A stretch of DNA of 49,729 nt from Candidatus Woesearchaeota archaeon (GCA_016203205.1 JACQNE010000003.1:1-49729); one strand, 5' to 3'. Shown: positions 18,181 through 27,732, numbered from the stretch's first letter. The notes: generated by a model from the letters alone, not told the origin. Program-made: numbers and translations.

Positions 18181-18255
18181 TTCAAGATAAATTTTGGGAG
18201 ATACTATTAAAATCTTTCCAAAAGATTTATTATAACCACCCACCAATAAATCACC

Positions 18256-18732
18256 ATGCAGAAACTAAAGATTCTCAACACCCGTGAGATCAAGGCAATC
18301 AAAGAACTCCTCATCAAGCAGTTTGGTTCAGCCCTGCAGGAGAACTATGCTTACCTCCAAACTGAAAAAGATCGCTTGTTCTTAGTCAACAGGGATATTG
18401 CCCAAATCGATCTGGACAAATTAAAGATCGATCGTCTCGGCCTCTACTTTGCCGAGCTCCGTCCCAGCCAGATCCGTCTGAGCAAGGAAGGCGCTCAACT
18501 GCTGGTCAACGAAGCGCGCCGGCAAAAAGCAGATCTGAAAAATATCCTTTCTCTGACAAAAATAGAAACCCGTGCCTACTTCGCCGGCGTAGACCTTAAG
18601 AAAGACCTGGGGGAAGAAAACCGCTTGGTCATCTTGACCTACGAAGACGCTGTTGTCGGCTGCGCCGCTTACAAAGAAGGCAAACTGATCAATTTCCTGC
18701 CGAAAATCCATCGCGGGGAAGTGATCTTGTAA
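18256..18732 (+). CDS. possible pre-PUA/PUA RNA-binding protein (NIP7-like)
   Basis: Size and the C-terminal VILTYEDAVVGCAAYKEGKLINFLPK resemble PUA-domain proteins. This is a weak call made by eye. Confidence 0.4.
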   Translation: MQKLKILNTREIKAIKELLIKQFGSALQENYAYLQTEKDRLFLVNRDIAQIDLDKLKIDRLGLYFAELRPSQIRLSKEGAQLLVNEARRQKADLKNILSLTKIETRAYFAGVDLKKDLGEENRLVILTYEDAVVGCAAYKEGKLINFLPKIHRGEVIL

Positions 18733-18853
18733 TCATGCCTCTTCTCTAACCTCGGTTTTTTCATAACCACCCAGGTACTACTTTAAAGTAGGACTTCTTT
18801 CGCAAAGTTTATATAATCCCGCCTGCCCAAATTAGTTCATAAAACCAATCGGG

Positions 18854-19537
18854 GTGCGTCACATGACAAAACACTTTATAGCAATAGTATTAATTTGTTC
18901 GTTGCTACTCAGTTCTGTTGTATTGGCTGCAGGAAATGGTGACGAAGTTTGTCTCAATTCCGAAAAAGCAGACTACAAAGACCTGCGCGGCGACTTTTAT
19001 GATTTGGAAGATAACTTCTACAAGTATAGAAGCAGCTATCAAACCAGTATGATGGATTCTGATGCTGACCGGCAAAATCTTTTTTACTTCCGGCTGCAAG
19101 ATCTTGATCGTGATCTGGATGATCTCCGTGATGATGTCCGAGACCTAAAATCGGATGTGGAAGATGCTGCGGCGTGTTCCAGTAAAGCTGACCTCTTAGA
19201 TGATCTTCGTGATCTCAAGCACGATCTTGATGATTTGCGCGATGACATTGCCGGAGTCTTGGCGGAAGGGAAAAGTCTGCCTCACCAGTCCATCAATGAA
19301 TATGGCTGGAAGAAAACCGAGCCTGCTCCATCTGCTGCTGCTCAGCAATCAGAAGTCGTTGTCAGCACGCTGAATTCTGGCCCTACACAGCCAACGACGG
19401 CCGTGACGGCAACCGTAACCGTTGAGAAAGCTCCTTCCTGGAACGATACACGATCAGTAGCCTGGCTTGTCGCGGGAGTGCTTGTCCTGTTCGCGGTGGT
19501 TGTGTTCCTGCTGGGAATGTTGATGCGGCGAAGATAA
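18854..19537 (+). CDS. secreted acidic repeat protein with C-terminal membrane anchor
   Basis: Has a signal-like N-terminus, repeated DL(R/K)(D/H)D(L/V) heptad-like units, a T/A/Q-rich spacer, and a terminal TM segment followed by RRR. The ATG at 18863 is an alternative start. Confidence 0.5.
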   Translation: MRHMTKHFIAIVLICSLLLSSVVLAAGNGDEVCLNSEKADYKDLRGDFYDLEDNFYKYRSSYQTSMMDSDADRQNLFYFRLQDLDRDLDDLRDDVRDLKSDVEDAAACSSKADLLDDLRDLKHDLDDLRDDIAGVLAEGKSLPHQSINEYGWKKTEPAPSAAAQQSEVVVSTLNSGPTQPTTAVTATVTVEKAPSWNDTRSVAWLVAGVLVLFAVVVFLLGMLMRRR

Positions 19538-19742
19538 AGAATAATTTTTTTAGATATTTTTTTTCTTTTTAAAATGATTTTTGGATATTAAAATGGATGA
19601 TAATTACAACCACCTATTGTCGGCCAATCATCAGACTGAAGAGAGCCAAGCGCGGTAAATTAGGACCTTTTTTTTACCAAATAAAAGACGCGTAAACGAT
19701 TGGCTTAGTAAGAAGAGAAGTAAGAAAAAAAGTAAAAAGAAA

Positions 19743-19970
19743 TCATCCCAGCACGTCTTCAATCGGCTTCTTTCCTTTAAGATTTTTCACTTCTTTTGCT
19801 TTCGCAACAAGGTCTACACCGAGGTCTTTCAGCTCTTTGACGTGCATCTGCATCAATTGCTCGACGATCTGTAAGATGCGTAATAATTCTTCCCGCTCTT
19901 TGGTCAGCGTTGCCAGGGAGCCTTTATGAAATCCAATTTTTTCGGATGTGCCCATCGTTTCGTTTGCCAT
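19743..19970 (-). CDS. small helical hypothetical protein
   Basis: A 75-aa ORF with charged helical composition. No motif was recognised. Confidence 0.3.
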   Translation of the reverse strand: MANETMGTSEKIGFHKGSLATLTKEREELLRILQIVEQLMQMHVKELKDLGVDLVAKAKEVKNLKGKKPIEDVLG

Positions 19971-20024
19971 ACTTTGAGAAGAACAGGCATACTTTATTAA
20001 AGTTTTGCTTGAATTTTCCCGAAA

Positions 20025-21059
20025 ATGAACTCTTCAGATCAGGCTTTGCCAAAAGATCAGGTCTTGCAAAATGTACGAGATATCTTAGTTAAAAACTATG
20101 GCCTCACTAAAGATCAGTTTATTCTCCTGCTTTACGACAGCAAAAGCAGGTTATCAAGAATACTTACGGAAGCATACAGCAGTGCTATTCTCCAGAATCG
20201 CCACATGATCATCGATTTTGATACCCACTCGGAAGAAGCGATCCTCTCTCAATTTAAGATCATTCCTCCACATTCAGTGGTTATTCTCGTGCAGACTGTA
20301 TCGTTCCGTCTCACTAAACATCGTCTCCGCGCCGATCTATTTCGCGCCGGCCATCTCGTCATCGAACACACTCGTCTTGGTTACAATCTGGAAGACCAGA
20401 TTCCTCACTATATTGCTTCATTACATTACAACACGCCCTATTATGTTCACGCGGCAGATACTCTGGAACAGCTCCTCTCCCAGAACCATTCTCTCCGTAT
20501 CACTTCTCCAGAAGGAAATGAATTAATTGTCAATTCTGCATTTGAGAAACCAATCAAGAACACCGGCGATTTTCACAACGCAGAGATCATCTCTGCCGGT
20601 TTCCCCATCGGCGAGATTTTTACTGAAGCAAAAGAACTGGAAAAGATGAATGGCACATTGCTTGTCTTTGGGTTTCCCGGCAAGGATCATCTGGTTCATT
20701 TCACCGACCAGTTTACCGTGACAATAGAAAATGGCTGTCTTATTAGTCATACCGGGCCGGCCCAATTTGAAGAGATTGTGCGGATGATCCGTGATGAAGA
20801 AGTCACCCATACCGTTCAGGTACGCGAAATAGGTTTTGGCTTAAACCCGAGTCTTGGTTTTGATCACCGTTTAAATGAACCAACGGCGTTTGAACGATTT
20901 GCCGGTATGCATTTTTCGCTTGGTCTGAAACATGCCATGTACGCTAAAAAACTCGGCCGGAAAGTCTTTCAGAAATATCACATTGACCTCTTTTGTCTGG
21001 TCAAAGATGTGTTTATCGGAGAGACACAAGTGATCAAAGAAGGGAAATATGTGGTTTGA
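20025..21059 (+). CDS. M29-like (aminopeptidase T/S family) metallopeptidase
   Basis: PIGEIFTEA, EIGFGLNP, FAGMHFSLG and HIDLF occur in the order seen in thermophilic M29 aminopeptidases. Confidence 0.55.
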   Translation: MNSSDQALPKDQVLQNVRDILVKNYGLTKDQFILLLYDSKSRLSRILTEAYSSAILQNRHMIIDFDTHSEEAILSQFKIIPPHSVVILVQTVSFRLTKHRLRADLFRAGHLVIEHTRLGYNLEDQIPHYIASLHYNTPYYVHAADTLEQLLSQNHSLRITSPEGNELIVNSAFEKPIKNTGDFHNAEIISAGFPIGEIFTEAKELEKMNGTLLVFGFPGKDHLVHFTDQFTVTIENGCLISHTGPAQFEEIVRMIRDEEVTHTVQVREIGFGLNPSLGFDHRLNEPTAFERFAGMHFSLGLKHAMYAKKLGRKVFQKYHIDLFCLVKDVFIGETQVIKEGKYVV

Positions 21060-21180
21060 GCTTGGTTCGATTTTGATCTATTTTACTTCTGAAAATCGAC
21101 TTTCTCTACGGCCGAGACGACTTTTTCTACAGAACCCATCTTTCAGAAACCTTTAAATCCATTAGAATAATCCTTCTTTT

Positions 21181-21558
21181 ATGGGCCTCTTTGACAAACT
21201 CTTCCACAAGAAAGACAGCGATCTTGATTTTGATGCAATTGCCCAAAAAGAATTGGGTAATAATTTTCCTGAACAACAGGATATTTTAAATACTCCCCCA
21301 CCTGGATTTGAGGATGAAAAATCACCATTGGATATGCCCCGAAGCCCTTCCCCAGCCCGATTTCCTGGCGCTGCTTCCTCACGTCCTTTTTCTCCTCCGT
21401 TTCCTGAGCAATCACCCAATTTATCTCGGGATCTGGAATTGCTCAACAGCAAGTTAGACACCATCAAAGCCCTCCTCGCTTCTCTTGACCAGCGCCTGGC
21501 CAATCTGGAACGCGCCGCCGGAGTTCAGCCATCGCGGCAGCAGCAGCGCTTATGGTGA
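21181..21558 (+). CDS. small protein: amphipathic N-terminus, Pro-rich linker, C-terminal coiled coil
   Basis: MGLFDKLFHKK..., a P/S-rich middle, then LELLNSKLDTIKALLASLDQRLANLE. It overlaps the lspA start, which suggests translational coupling. Confidence 0.45.
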   Translation: MGLFDKLFHKKDSDLDFDAIAQKELGNNFPEQQDILNTPPPGFEDEKSPLDMPRSPSPARFPGAASSRPFSPPFPEQSPNLSRDLELLNSKLDTIKALLASLDQRLANLERAAGVQPSRQQQRLW

Positions 21559-22007
21559 ATAAGCATAATTATGGGCTCTTTTTTTCTTTGATCACCGTAG
21601 CAATCGTGCTGTTTGATCAAGCAGCTAAACTGGTCATTGTCTATCTCAATCCGGCCTGGAATCTTTTCATTTTAGATATTCATCTTGTCACTAACACCGG
21701 TGCGGGGTTTGGTTTGTTTCAGGGAAAAACAATTATCCTGGGAATAATCTCACTTGCTGTCGCTCTCGGTATCGTTCTTTATTATCATAAGATACCAAAA
21801 AGGTACAACTTTCAGTTCCTCGTTGCTCTCTTCCTCGGCGGTGTCATCGGCAATCTTATCGACCGCTTTGCGCGCGGACATGTCATCGACTTCATCGATT
21901 TTCGCTTCTGGCCGGCATTTAATGTTGCGGACGCGGCAATTTCCATTGCCGTTGTGGGGTTAATTTGGGTGATGTGGAAAGAAGAGAAGAATTTAAAAAA
22001 CAAGTAA
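21552..22007 (+). CDS. lspA: lipoprotein signal peptidase (signal peptidase II)
   Basis: NTGAGFG, GGVIGNLIDR, HVIDFIDF and FNVADAAI are the LspA signature blocks. Four hydrophobic segments are present. Confidence 0.85.
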   Translation: MVNKHNYGLFFSLITVAIVLFDQAAKLVIVYLNPAWNLFILDIHLVTNTGAGFGLFQGKTIILGIISLAVALGIVLYYHKIPKRYNFQFLVALFLGGVIGNLIDRFARGHVIDFIDFRFWPAFNVADAAISIAVVGLIWVMWKEEKNLKNK

Positions 22008-22031
22008 TAATTAATTCTCTTCTGCAAACCG

Positions 22032-22674
22032 ATGGACGATTATCTTTCCCTAAACCGACAAGCGTACGATGCCGCGGCTCTAGAATTTGAGAAGAAAATA
22101 GCGCTTCGTAATAGTAACAGTCAGCAAATTGTTGCTGAATTTTGTTCTTTTTCTCCCCAATGATATTCCAAAAACAACCATCCTGGAATTAGGTCCGGGA
22201 AATGGTCAAGTCGCAAAATTGCTTATTGAACGGGGTTTTGATGTTTCGGCGATAGAATTCTCCCCCGTGATGGCCGCGGTTGCGCTCAATACGGCACCTC
22301 AATTAAAGATGATCGTCAATGAATTTCTCTCTCACGATTTTGGTTCTAAGCAGTATTCTGCAATTATCGGCATCGCTTTTATCCATCTCTTTCCAGATGT
22401 AAAAATCCCAGATCTGCTGAAGAAAATACATTCACTCATTATCCCCCAAGGAATAGTCTATCTCTCCACGACTATTCATCATCATTCGGGGGAGTATCTT
22501 GTTCCTAAAAATAACTTTAATGGAAAATATCTTCGCTTCCGCAAGCGTTTTACAGAGAAAGAATTCAGGCAGTGTGTCGTGCGGGCAGATTTTGTCATTC
22601 AGAACATTTCTTGGACTACAGACCGTGAAGAAAAAGATAAAAAGTGGATAAATATTATCGCCAAGAAAAAATAA
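22032..22674 (+). pseudogene. class I SAM-dependent methyltransferase disrupted by a frameshift (or assembly indel)
   Basis: The ATG at 22032 opens MDDYLSLNRQAYDAAALEFEKKIALRN...QQIVAEF, a typical MTase N-terminus. That frame stops at 22161-22163. The body (ILELGPGNG motif I, 22129-22674) continues in the adjacent frame and has only a TTG start. T4/T5/C4 runs lie at 22140-22158. Confidence 0.6.
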
Positions 22675-22697
22675 AACTCATGGACTAAAAACAAACA

Positions 22698-23324
22698 TCA
22701 ATTCACGCATCCATGCGGCTTGTATTTCTTCTCTTCCGCTTCTTTCTTGGAGGAAAACCAGAGCTGGTGAGTCTTGCTCACTTTCTTCGCCCAATCGCAC
22801 TTTGCTTCATGAAAGACGTTGCTTTTGGAACTAGCAACGTATTTTCCTGGACTAAACGTCGTCGTGTTCTTAGTCTCTGTCTTTACTTCCTGCTCCGTTC
22901 TTCCTTTTTCACCCGTCTTTTTTTCTTCTCCACCCTGTGCGGAATCAAAGACGACACTGTGCGACTCTTCTGTCTTGTTGTCATGGTCACAGCAGCGAGG
23001 CGCGCATCTTCGCGGGAAACTCAAGGCAATTCCAACCAGCGCAAACAAGAGCATGACTACATATAAATCGCCGGTGAATGCGCGCAAAAACAGGAGATTG
23101 GCAATGGCTAGGACAAAGACCGCGAAAAAAAGCCTTTCACCCTTGCCTTTATCGTAGGTGAGACAGCCGCCGAAGACGAAGAGCGCGAGGACAAGTGTTC
23201 CCAATGCCTCTAACGCAAAGACTTTTCCTCTTGCTTGCAGGGTGACCTGCAGCAGGCCGAAAAAAAGCAAAACAAATAGGACGGCATAACTCGTTAATTT
23301 CCAGGCATGATTGTGTTGTGTCAT
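22698..23324 (-). CDS. polytopic membrane protein with C-terminal Ada-like Cys/His metal-binding motif
   Basis: Several N-terminal TM segments are present. The tail YVASSKSNVFHEAKCDW...LWFSSKKEAEEKKYKPHGC resembles the pattern of the Ada N-terminal Zn domain. Confidence 0.4.
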   Translation of the reverse strand: MTQHNHAWKLTSYAVLFVLLFFGLLQVTLQARGKVFALEALGTLVLALFVFGGCLTYDKGKGERLFFAVFVLAIANLLFLRAFTGDLYVVMLLFALVGIALSFPRRCAPRCCDHDNKTEESHSVVFDSAQGGEEKKTGEKGRTEQEVKTETKNTTTFSPGKYVASSKSNVFHEAKCDWAKKVSKTHQLWFSSKKEAEEKKYKPHGCVN

Positions 23325-23437
23325 ACTCCGCGTGGGAAGAAAAACGCTATTTAAGCATTTCGCTGTGCTGGACGCTGTTCTTGAATATAGAGGATATTGT
23401 TTGTTTAATTGTGATTATATTTCTTTCAAAAAAAGCT

Positions 23438-23773
23438 CTAATATAATTTTCCACCGATCGGAACATCTCGTTCTGGTTCAATTAAAACACAATCTCCATC
23501 TTTGCCAGGAACCCCCAAAGTCAATACTTCTGATGTTGCTGGACCAATTTGTCTTGACGGAAAATTCACAACACACATCACTAATTTATTTTTCAAATCT
23601 TCTGGTGTATAATTCTTGACGAGTTGAGCGCAGGATTTCTTGATTCCAATCTCTTTTCCTAAATCAATCTTTAATTTGTAAGAAGGTTTTCTTGCTTCCG
23701 GAAAATCTTCTATCTCTACAATCTTGCCAACCCGTATATCCAATTTTTGAAAATCTTCAAATGTTGCCATCAT
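23438..23773 (-). CDS. csaA: tRNA-binding OB-fold protein (CsaA/Trbp111-like)
   Basis: FEDFQKLDIRVGKIVEIEDFPEARKPSYKLKIDLG...VMCVVNFPSRQIG is the characteristic CsaA/EMAP-type tRNA-binding domain. Confidence 0.8.
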   Translation of the reverse strand: MMATFEDFQKLDIRVGKIVEIEDFPEARKPSYKLKIDLGKEIGIKKSCAQLVKNYTPEDLKNKLVMCVVNFPSRQIGPATSEVLTLGVPGKDGDCVLIEPERDVPIGGKLY

Positions 23774-23870
23774 AAATCGGTATTGATAGAATTTATATAA
23801 ATGTTATGGCTTTGGGGGCTGTGGGACAGAAAAAACAAATTCTTTTTAGTATAGATCAGAAAACATACCC

Positions 23871-24191
23871 CTAAAACTCTTCTTCCAGATTCTTCAAATA
23901 GCCCCTCTTCCGCAAGAAATCAACTTCGGCTTTTCCCCGATACTTATAGACAACATCTCCTTTTTCATCACCGCCCAATTCCCAGGGCTGAATGATGACT
24001 ACATCATTCTCTCGTACCCATAACGCTCGGCGCAGACTTCCTGGGATACGGCAGATACGTTCTTTCCCATCCAGACAGAGAACACGCATCCGGCTTCCCC
24101 CCAGGCGCTGCTGGACAATTCCCAAAACTTCTTTTCCTTGCGGGATGCGCACCCGGATCACTTGCGGTTCTTCTTCGTTTGGTCTAGACAT
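23871..24191 (-). CDS. eif1a: translation initiation factor aIF1A
   Basis: S1-like OB core: RMRVLCLDGKERICRIPGSLRRALWVRENDVVIIQPW. Confidence 0.9.
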   Translation of the reverse strand: MSRPNEEEPQVIRVRIPQGKEVLGIVQQRLGGSRMRVLCLDGKERICRIPGSLRRALWVRENDVVIIQPWELGGDEKGDVVYKYRGKAEVDFLRKRGYLKNLEEEF

Positions 24192-24237
24192 TTATCCCCT
24201 TAAAAAGGCTGCTTCTTTAAAAATGATTGCTTTCTTG

Positions 24238-24413
24238 GTACATATTAAGTTAAGTCTGTGCGAGCTTGGTCAAGATGATCTGCCGAGCGTTGCTATTGGA
24301 CAGAAAAATGATGGTCTCGCTCATCTCTGAATATCATTCTTCAGTTCAACTTTTCTCAGCTTCTGGGCGAGACGAGGCAGACCGACCTGCTCGAGCACAG
24401 ACTTAATACGTAC
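24238..24413 (-). mobile_element. MITE family A, copy A2 (inverted orientation)
   Basis: gtacatattaagttaagtctgtgc...gcacagacttaatacgtac. The flanking octamers ctttcttg and ttttcttg match at 7 of 8 positions. Confidence 0.85.
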
Positions 24414-24475
24414 TTTTCTTGGCGTTTAGTAGAAAAAGTCGTCGCAAGCAGCAGGGTATGATACTCAGGAGGAAA

Positions 24476-25009
24476 TCAAAGTTCTTTCCACAATTTCTTA
24501 AAGATAGATTTATTTTTCCAGCCCATATCAACTAATGATCCGAACGACCAGACGACAACTATGAAGCTTGTTTTCTCGACGATTGTTGTGGAGAAAGGCA
24601 ATATTCTTCCTAGCGCGATAAACATCAAGAGCATCCCTTGCGCAACTAACTTGATCTTTCCTGACTGGACGCTGGCGATATTCGTCTGCTGGGAGAGGGC
24701 ATACTGCCGGAATCCCAAAGCCAGATAATCCCGCAGGATCAGCAAGGCCACGACCCAGAAACCGAGCAGATTCTGTGAGAGATAATATATCAGGAGGAGA
24801 TGAACAAAGATCTTGTCGACAAAATGGTCGTAATAAATTCCAATCTCCGATCCTTTCTTGTATTTCCGAGCGACCAGCCCGTCGAGGTAATCGGTACAAA
24901 AGCCAAAGAAGAGGAAGATCAGGGCGAGGTAATGGAATTGGGCCCAATCGGCGGCAATCACCAAAAAGAGAGAGATGAAGCGAATTGTAGTTAGGAGGTT
25001 TGGTTTCAT
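24476..25009 (-). CDS. CDP-alcohol phosphatidyltransferase family protein
   Basis: DYLDGLVARKYKKGSEIGIYYDHFVDKI matches D(x)2DG(x)2AR(x)8G(x)3D(x)3D. The protein is multi-TM. Confidence 0.85.
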   Translation of the reverse strand: MKPNLLTTIRFISLFLVIAADWAQFHYLALIFLFFGFCTDYLDGLVARKYKKGSEIGIYYDHFVDKIFVHLLLIYYLSQNLLGFWVVALLILRDYLALGFRQYALSQQTNIASVQSGKIKLVAQGMLLMFIALGRILPFSTTIVEKTSFIVVVWSFGSLVDMGWKNKSIFKKLWKEL

Positions 25010-25133
25010 TATTTAGTCCAAAAAAGCCCGCTTTTTATTAAGATTGTGCAGATCTTTGCTCTCTTTTGCACACCATCACAATAAAACATATAAACAAACC
25101 CCAAAACCTTTTTCTGATCCAAAGAGGCGATAC

Positions 25134-25955
25134 ATGGCAAAACGAGTGGAATCACCATCATCCATCAATACATTCAAGCAGTGCAAACGCAAATATTATT
25201 ATCAATATATCCAGAAACTACCTACCCAATCAAATATCCATCAAGTACGGGGAAACATTGCCCATTCCACACTGGAAAATTTTTATAATTTGGATACATC
25301 AGCATTGACGGAAGAGAATTTTGCCCGGAAGTGCAAAGAGAGCATTCAGACTTTCTGTCTCCATTACTGGAAAAAAGCACAGAATCAATTACATCAGCTT
25401 TCCCTAAGCCCGGATCAGGAGCGATTTTATTTTGAAGAAACAATGCTCATGCTGATGAACTGGACAAACCACTTTGTAGAAGATCTCTCCTCTCTGACAA
25501 AGAAAAAAAATCTTTCGGTCCAAGAAGCGTTTCTGGAACTGACCCCCGTCCGTGAACAGGAATATGCTTCAAAGGAGCATTCCGTACGCGGCTTTATTGA
25601 TGCGATCCATCATGTCGATGACGAAGTGCATATTATCGATTATAAGACAAATGCCACTTTTGAGATGAAAGAGAGCATTCGGCTGCAGCTGGCAATCTAT
25701 TCTCTGCTCTATTTTGAAAAACACGGAAGGATGCCCTCAAAAGTTGGCATCTTCTTTCTTCGTCATAAGCTCAAGCTGCTGCCGGTAGATGAACAATTAT
25801 TGAACCTTGCCAAAACCGAAATCAAAGAGATTCACCAGCATACTTGCCGCACGGAAGAAATGGGCGATTATCCCAAGACAATAACACCCCTTTGTAAATG
25901 GTCGACGGGAAAATGTGATTTTTATGATACCTGTAAACCGCATCAGAAAGAATAG
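25134..25955 (+). CDS. PD-(D/E)xK nuclease of the Cas4/AddB Fe-S type
   Basis: Has an N-terminal Cys (FKQCKRKYYY), a GFIDAIH...IIDYKT nuclease core, and a C-terminal CKWSTGKCDFYDTC cysteine triad. The ATG at 25134 was chosen as start. Confidence 0.65.
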   Translation: MAKRVESPSSINTFKQCKRKYYYQYIQKLPTQSNIHQVRGNIAHSTLENFYNLDTSALTEENFARKCKESIQTFCLHYWKKAQNQLHQLSLSPDQERFYFEETMLMLMNWTNHFVEDLSSLTKKKNLSVQEAFLELTPVREQEYASKEHSVRGFIDAIHHVDDEVHIIDYKTNATFEMKESIRLQLAIYSLLYFEKHGRMPSKVGIFFLRHKLKLLPVDEQLLNLAKTEIKEIHQHTCRTEEMGDYPKTITPLCKWSTGKCDFYDTCKPHQKE

Positions 25956-25986
25956 GTTGGGATAACCCCTATTCCCTCTCTTCTGA

Positions 25987-26865
25987 TCAAAACGAGAGGA
26001 GGCTCTGTCGGACAATCTCACTGTAAATATCAACGTTTTCCAAGACAAATGCCTCTACCACGGCTCCCATGAGCAAAAAGAGCAAGGCAACTACGATCAG
26101 ATAAAGATTAAAGCCAAATACCCGGAAAAAACGATCGGAAGCAAATTTCTCCAGAATGACATCTTTGGAGATCACCGATCCGGCGATCGCCGCCAGAAAA
26201 TAAGAAATCCCTTCGATGATCATGTGCGGGAATACGATGAGCATGACAATCCCAAAGATGTACACCACGTTTGCTCCAGAAAAAGAAGCAGCATTCTTTG
26301 CCGTGATCCCAAAGATCGTCCCCCACACTGACGCATTCCAGATAATCAGAAAGATTGCTCCGTCTCCCGTGAGCAGTGCCATGATGAAACAGGCGATCAT
26401 CACCAGCAAATTATTACTTAACAGCTCAACAAAGAGACCGCTTTCAAAAAAACCTCCTGAGATAGCCTGCCCGGCAAACCCTTCCCCAAAGCGGATCTCC
26501 AGCTGCTCCCGAAACAACTCATTCGTCTGGATGCTGGGAAGAAGGATCGTCCCCAGAGAATAAACTAGAATAACACCTAAAAACAGGAAAACATAAATCC
26601 GCACGATTTCAATATCATTCTTCCAGAGCGAGAGGAATGTTGTCTTCTGCTCCAGGCTTTGTTTTCTTTCCTGATACGAGAAAATTTTGTACATCTCCGG
26701 GAGGATGAGCATGGAGGTCAAGGCTACTCCCACTAATGCCGGGTCTTTCGGAAAAAGGACGGAAGCAACCAATACTCCCACTATCGCATAGATAGCACCA
26801 AGGATAAAAGCATAGACCCCTCGTTTTTCCAGCCAGTCTTCCGGGAAAAGATGTTCTAATACCAA
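25987..26865 (-). CDS. SpoIIM-like (DUF95) integral membrane protein
   Basis: The multi-TM layout and overall pattern resemble archaeal stage II sporulation protein M homologues. Confidence 0.6.
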   Translation of the reverse strand: MVLEHLFPEDWLEKRGVYAFILGAIYAIVGVLVASVLFPKDPALVGVALTSMLILPEMYKIFSYQERKQSLEQKTTFLSLWKNDIEIVRIYVFLFLGVILVYSLGTILLPSIQTNELFREQLEIRFGEGFAGQAISGGFFESGLFVELLSNNLLVMIACFIMALLTGDGAIFLIIWNASVWGTIFGITAKNAASFSGANVVYIFGIVMLIVFPHMIIEGISYFLAAIAGSVISKDVILEKFASDRFFRVFGFNLYLIVVALLFLLMGAVVEAFVLENVDIYSEIVRQSLLSF

Positions 26866-26920
26866 TCTATTAACCTCGTTGTTGAGATATTTTGAATGTT
26901 TATATAAGTTACGGTGTGCT

Positions 26921-27096
26921 GTGCGTATTTAGTCTAGTCTGTGCGGGCTTGGTCAAGATGGTCTGCCGAGCGTTGCTATTGGACAGAAAAATTATGGTCT
27001 CGCTCATCTCAGAGAATAGTTCTGGAGAAAAGTTGATCACACTTTTTTGGCGAGACGAGACAGATCAGCCAGCCCAAGCACAGACTTAATACGTGG
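26921..27096 (-). mobile_element. MITE family A, copy A3 (inverted orientation, degraded ends)
   Basis: gtgcgtatttagtctagtctgtgc...gcacagacttaatacgtgg. The interior aligns with A2 and A4. No clear target duplication is visible. Confidence 0.75.
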
Positions 27097-27186
27097 GGTA
27101 TGCCGAATAGCACCGGCTATAAACCCCAGGCTTAGTGAAAATGTAGTGGGGGAAGTTCTCAATTTTTGGGGTAATATTTATATAAA

Positions 27187-27732
27187 ATGGGCAATTTTGA
27201 TTGTTTTATGGGGGATGAACTATATAAAGCAATTTTGGAAAGAGTAAGATCAATTCCTCATGTTCAGATTAGAAAGGATTATTTTATTCCAACAGAAATA
27301 AGACTTGACCTCCCAGACGTTGTAGGTAACACAACATATAATGGGTTTGATGTTCATTGCAGAACTATTGGTGAGGTTATTGTTAGACTTGACACCAGAA
27401 CAGAAAAAGTAAAAAAATGGGTTTTTTCCCATTTGGGAAAACGAGAAGAGCCTCTTGCCAGTTTAGATGATATTAGGGAAGAATTGGCAAGAGTTCCAGA
27501 GATTGGAGAACCATTAACTCATAATGAACACTTCTTGATTTATGAGAAAAATGTCGGAAGAAGAGTTTCATTAGAGTTGTTTGATTTAGTTGTTGTTGGT
27601 GTAGGATCTTTTTTAGGCCAATATTGTGAAGCAGAACAACAACTTGATACTTGTAGGTATAATTGGTTCAGAATTGATACTCATTTTGCCGCACAGTTGA
27701 AGCGAGATCATGTAGCGCGTTACGGCCGATAA
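27187..27732 (+). CDS. hypothetical protein (A+T-rich orphan)
   Basis: An intact 181-aa ORF with no motif recognised. It is visibly more A+T-rich than its neighbours and lies 90 bp from MITE A3. Confidence 0.4.
   Translation: MGNFDCFMGDELYKAILERVRSIPHVQIRKDYFIPTEIRLDLPDVVGNTTYNGFDVHCRTIGEVIVRLDTRTEKVKKWVFSHLGKREEPLASLDDIREELARVPEIGEPLTHNEHFLIYEKNVGRRVSLELFDLVVVGVGSFLGQYCEAEQQLDTCRYNWFRIDTHFAAQLKRDHVARYGR

Noticed and set aside
21162-21503. 113-aa minus-strand ORF antisense to 21181-21558
   Set aside because: The plus-strand ORF has a coiled-coil C-terminus similar to other proteins in the window and is translationally coupled to lspA. The minus-strand frame is Arg/Gly/Ser-rich and ends without context.
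24528-24947. 139-aa alternative-frame ORF within the CDP-alcohol phosphatidyltransferase gene
   Set aside because: It is on the same strand but out of frame with a gene that carries the complete D(x)2DG(x)2AR...D(x)3D motif. Its composition is Arg/Pro-rich.
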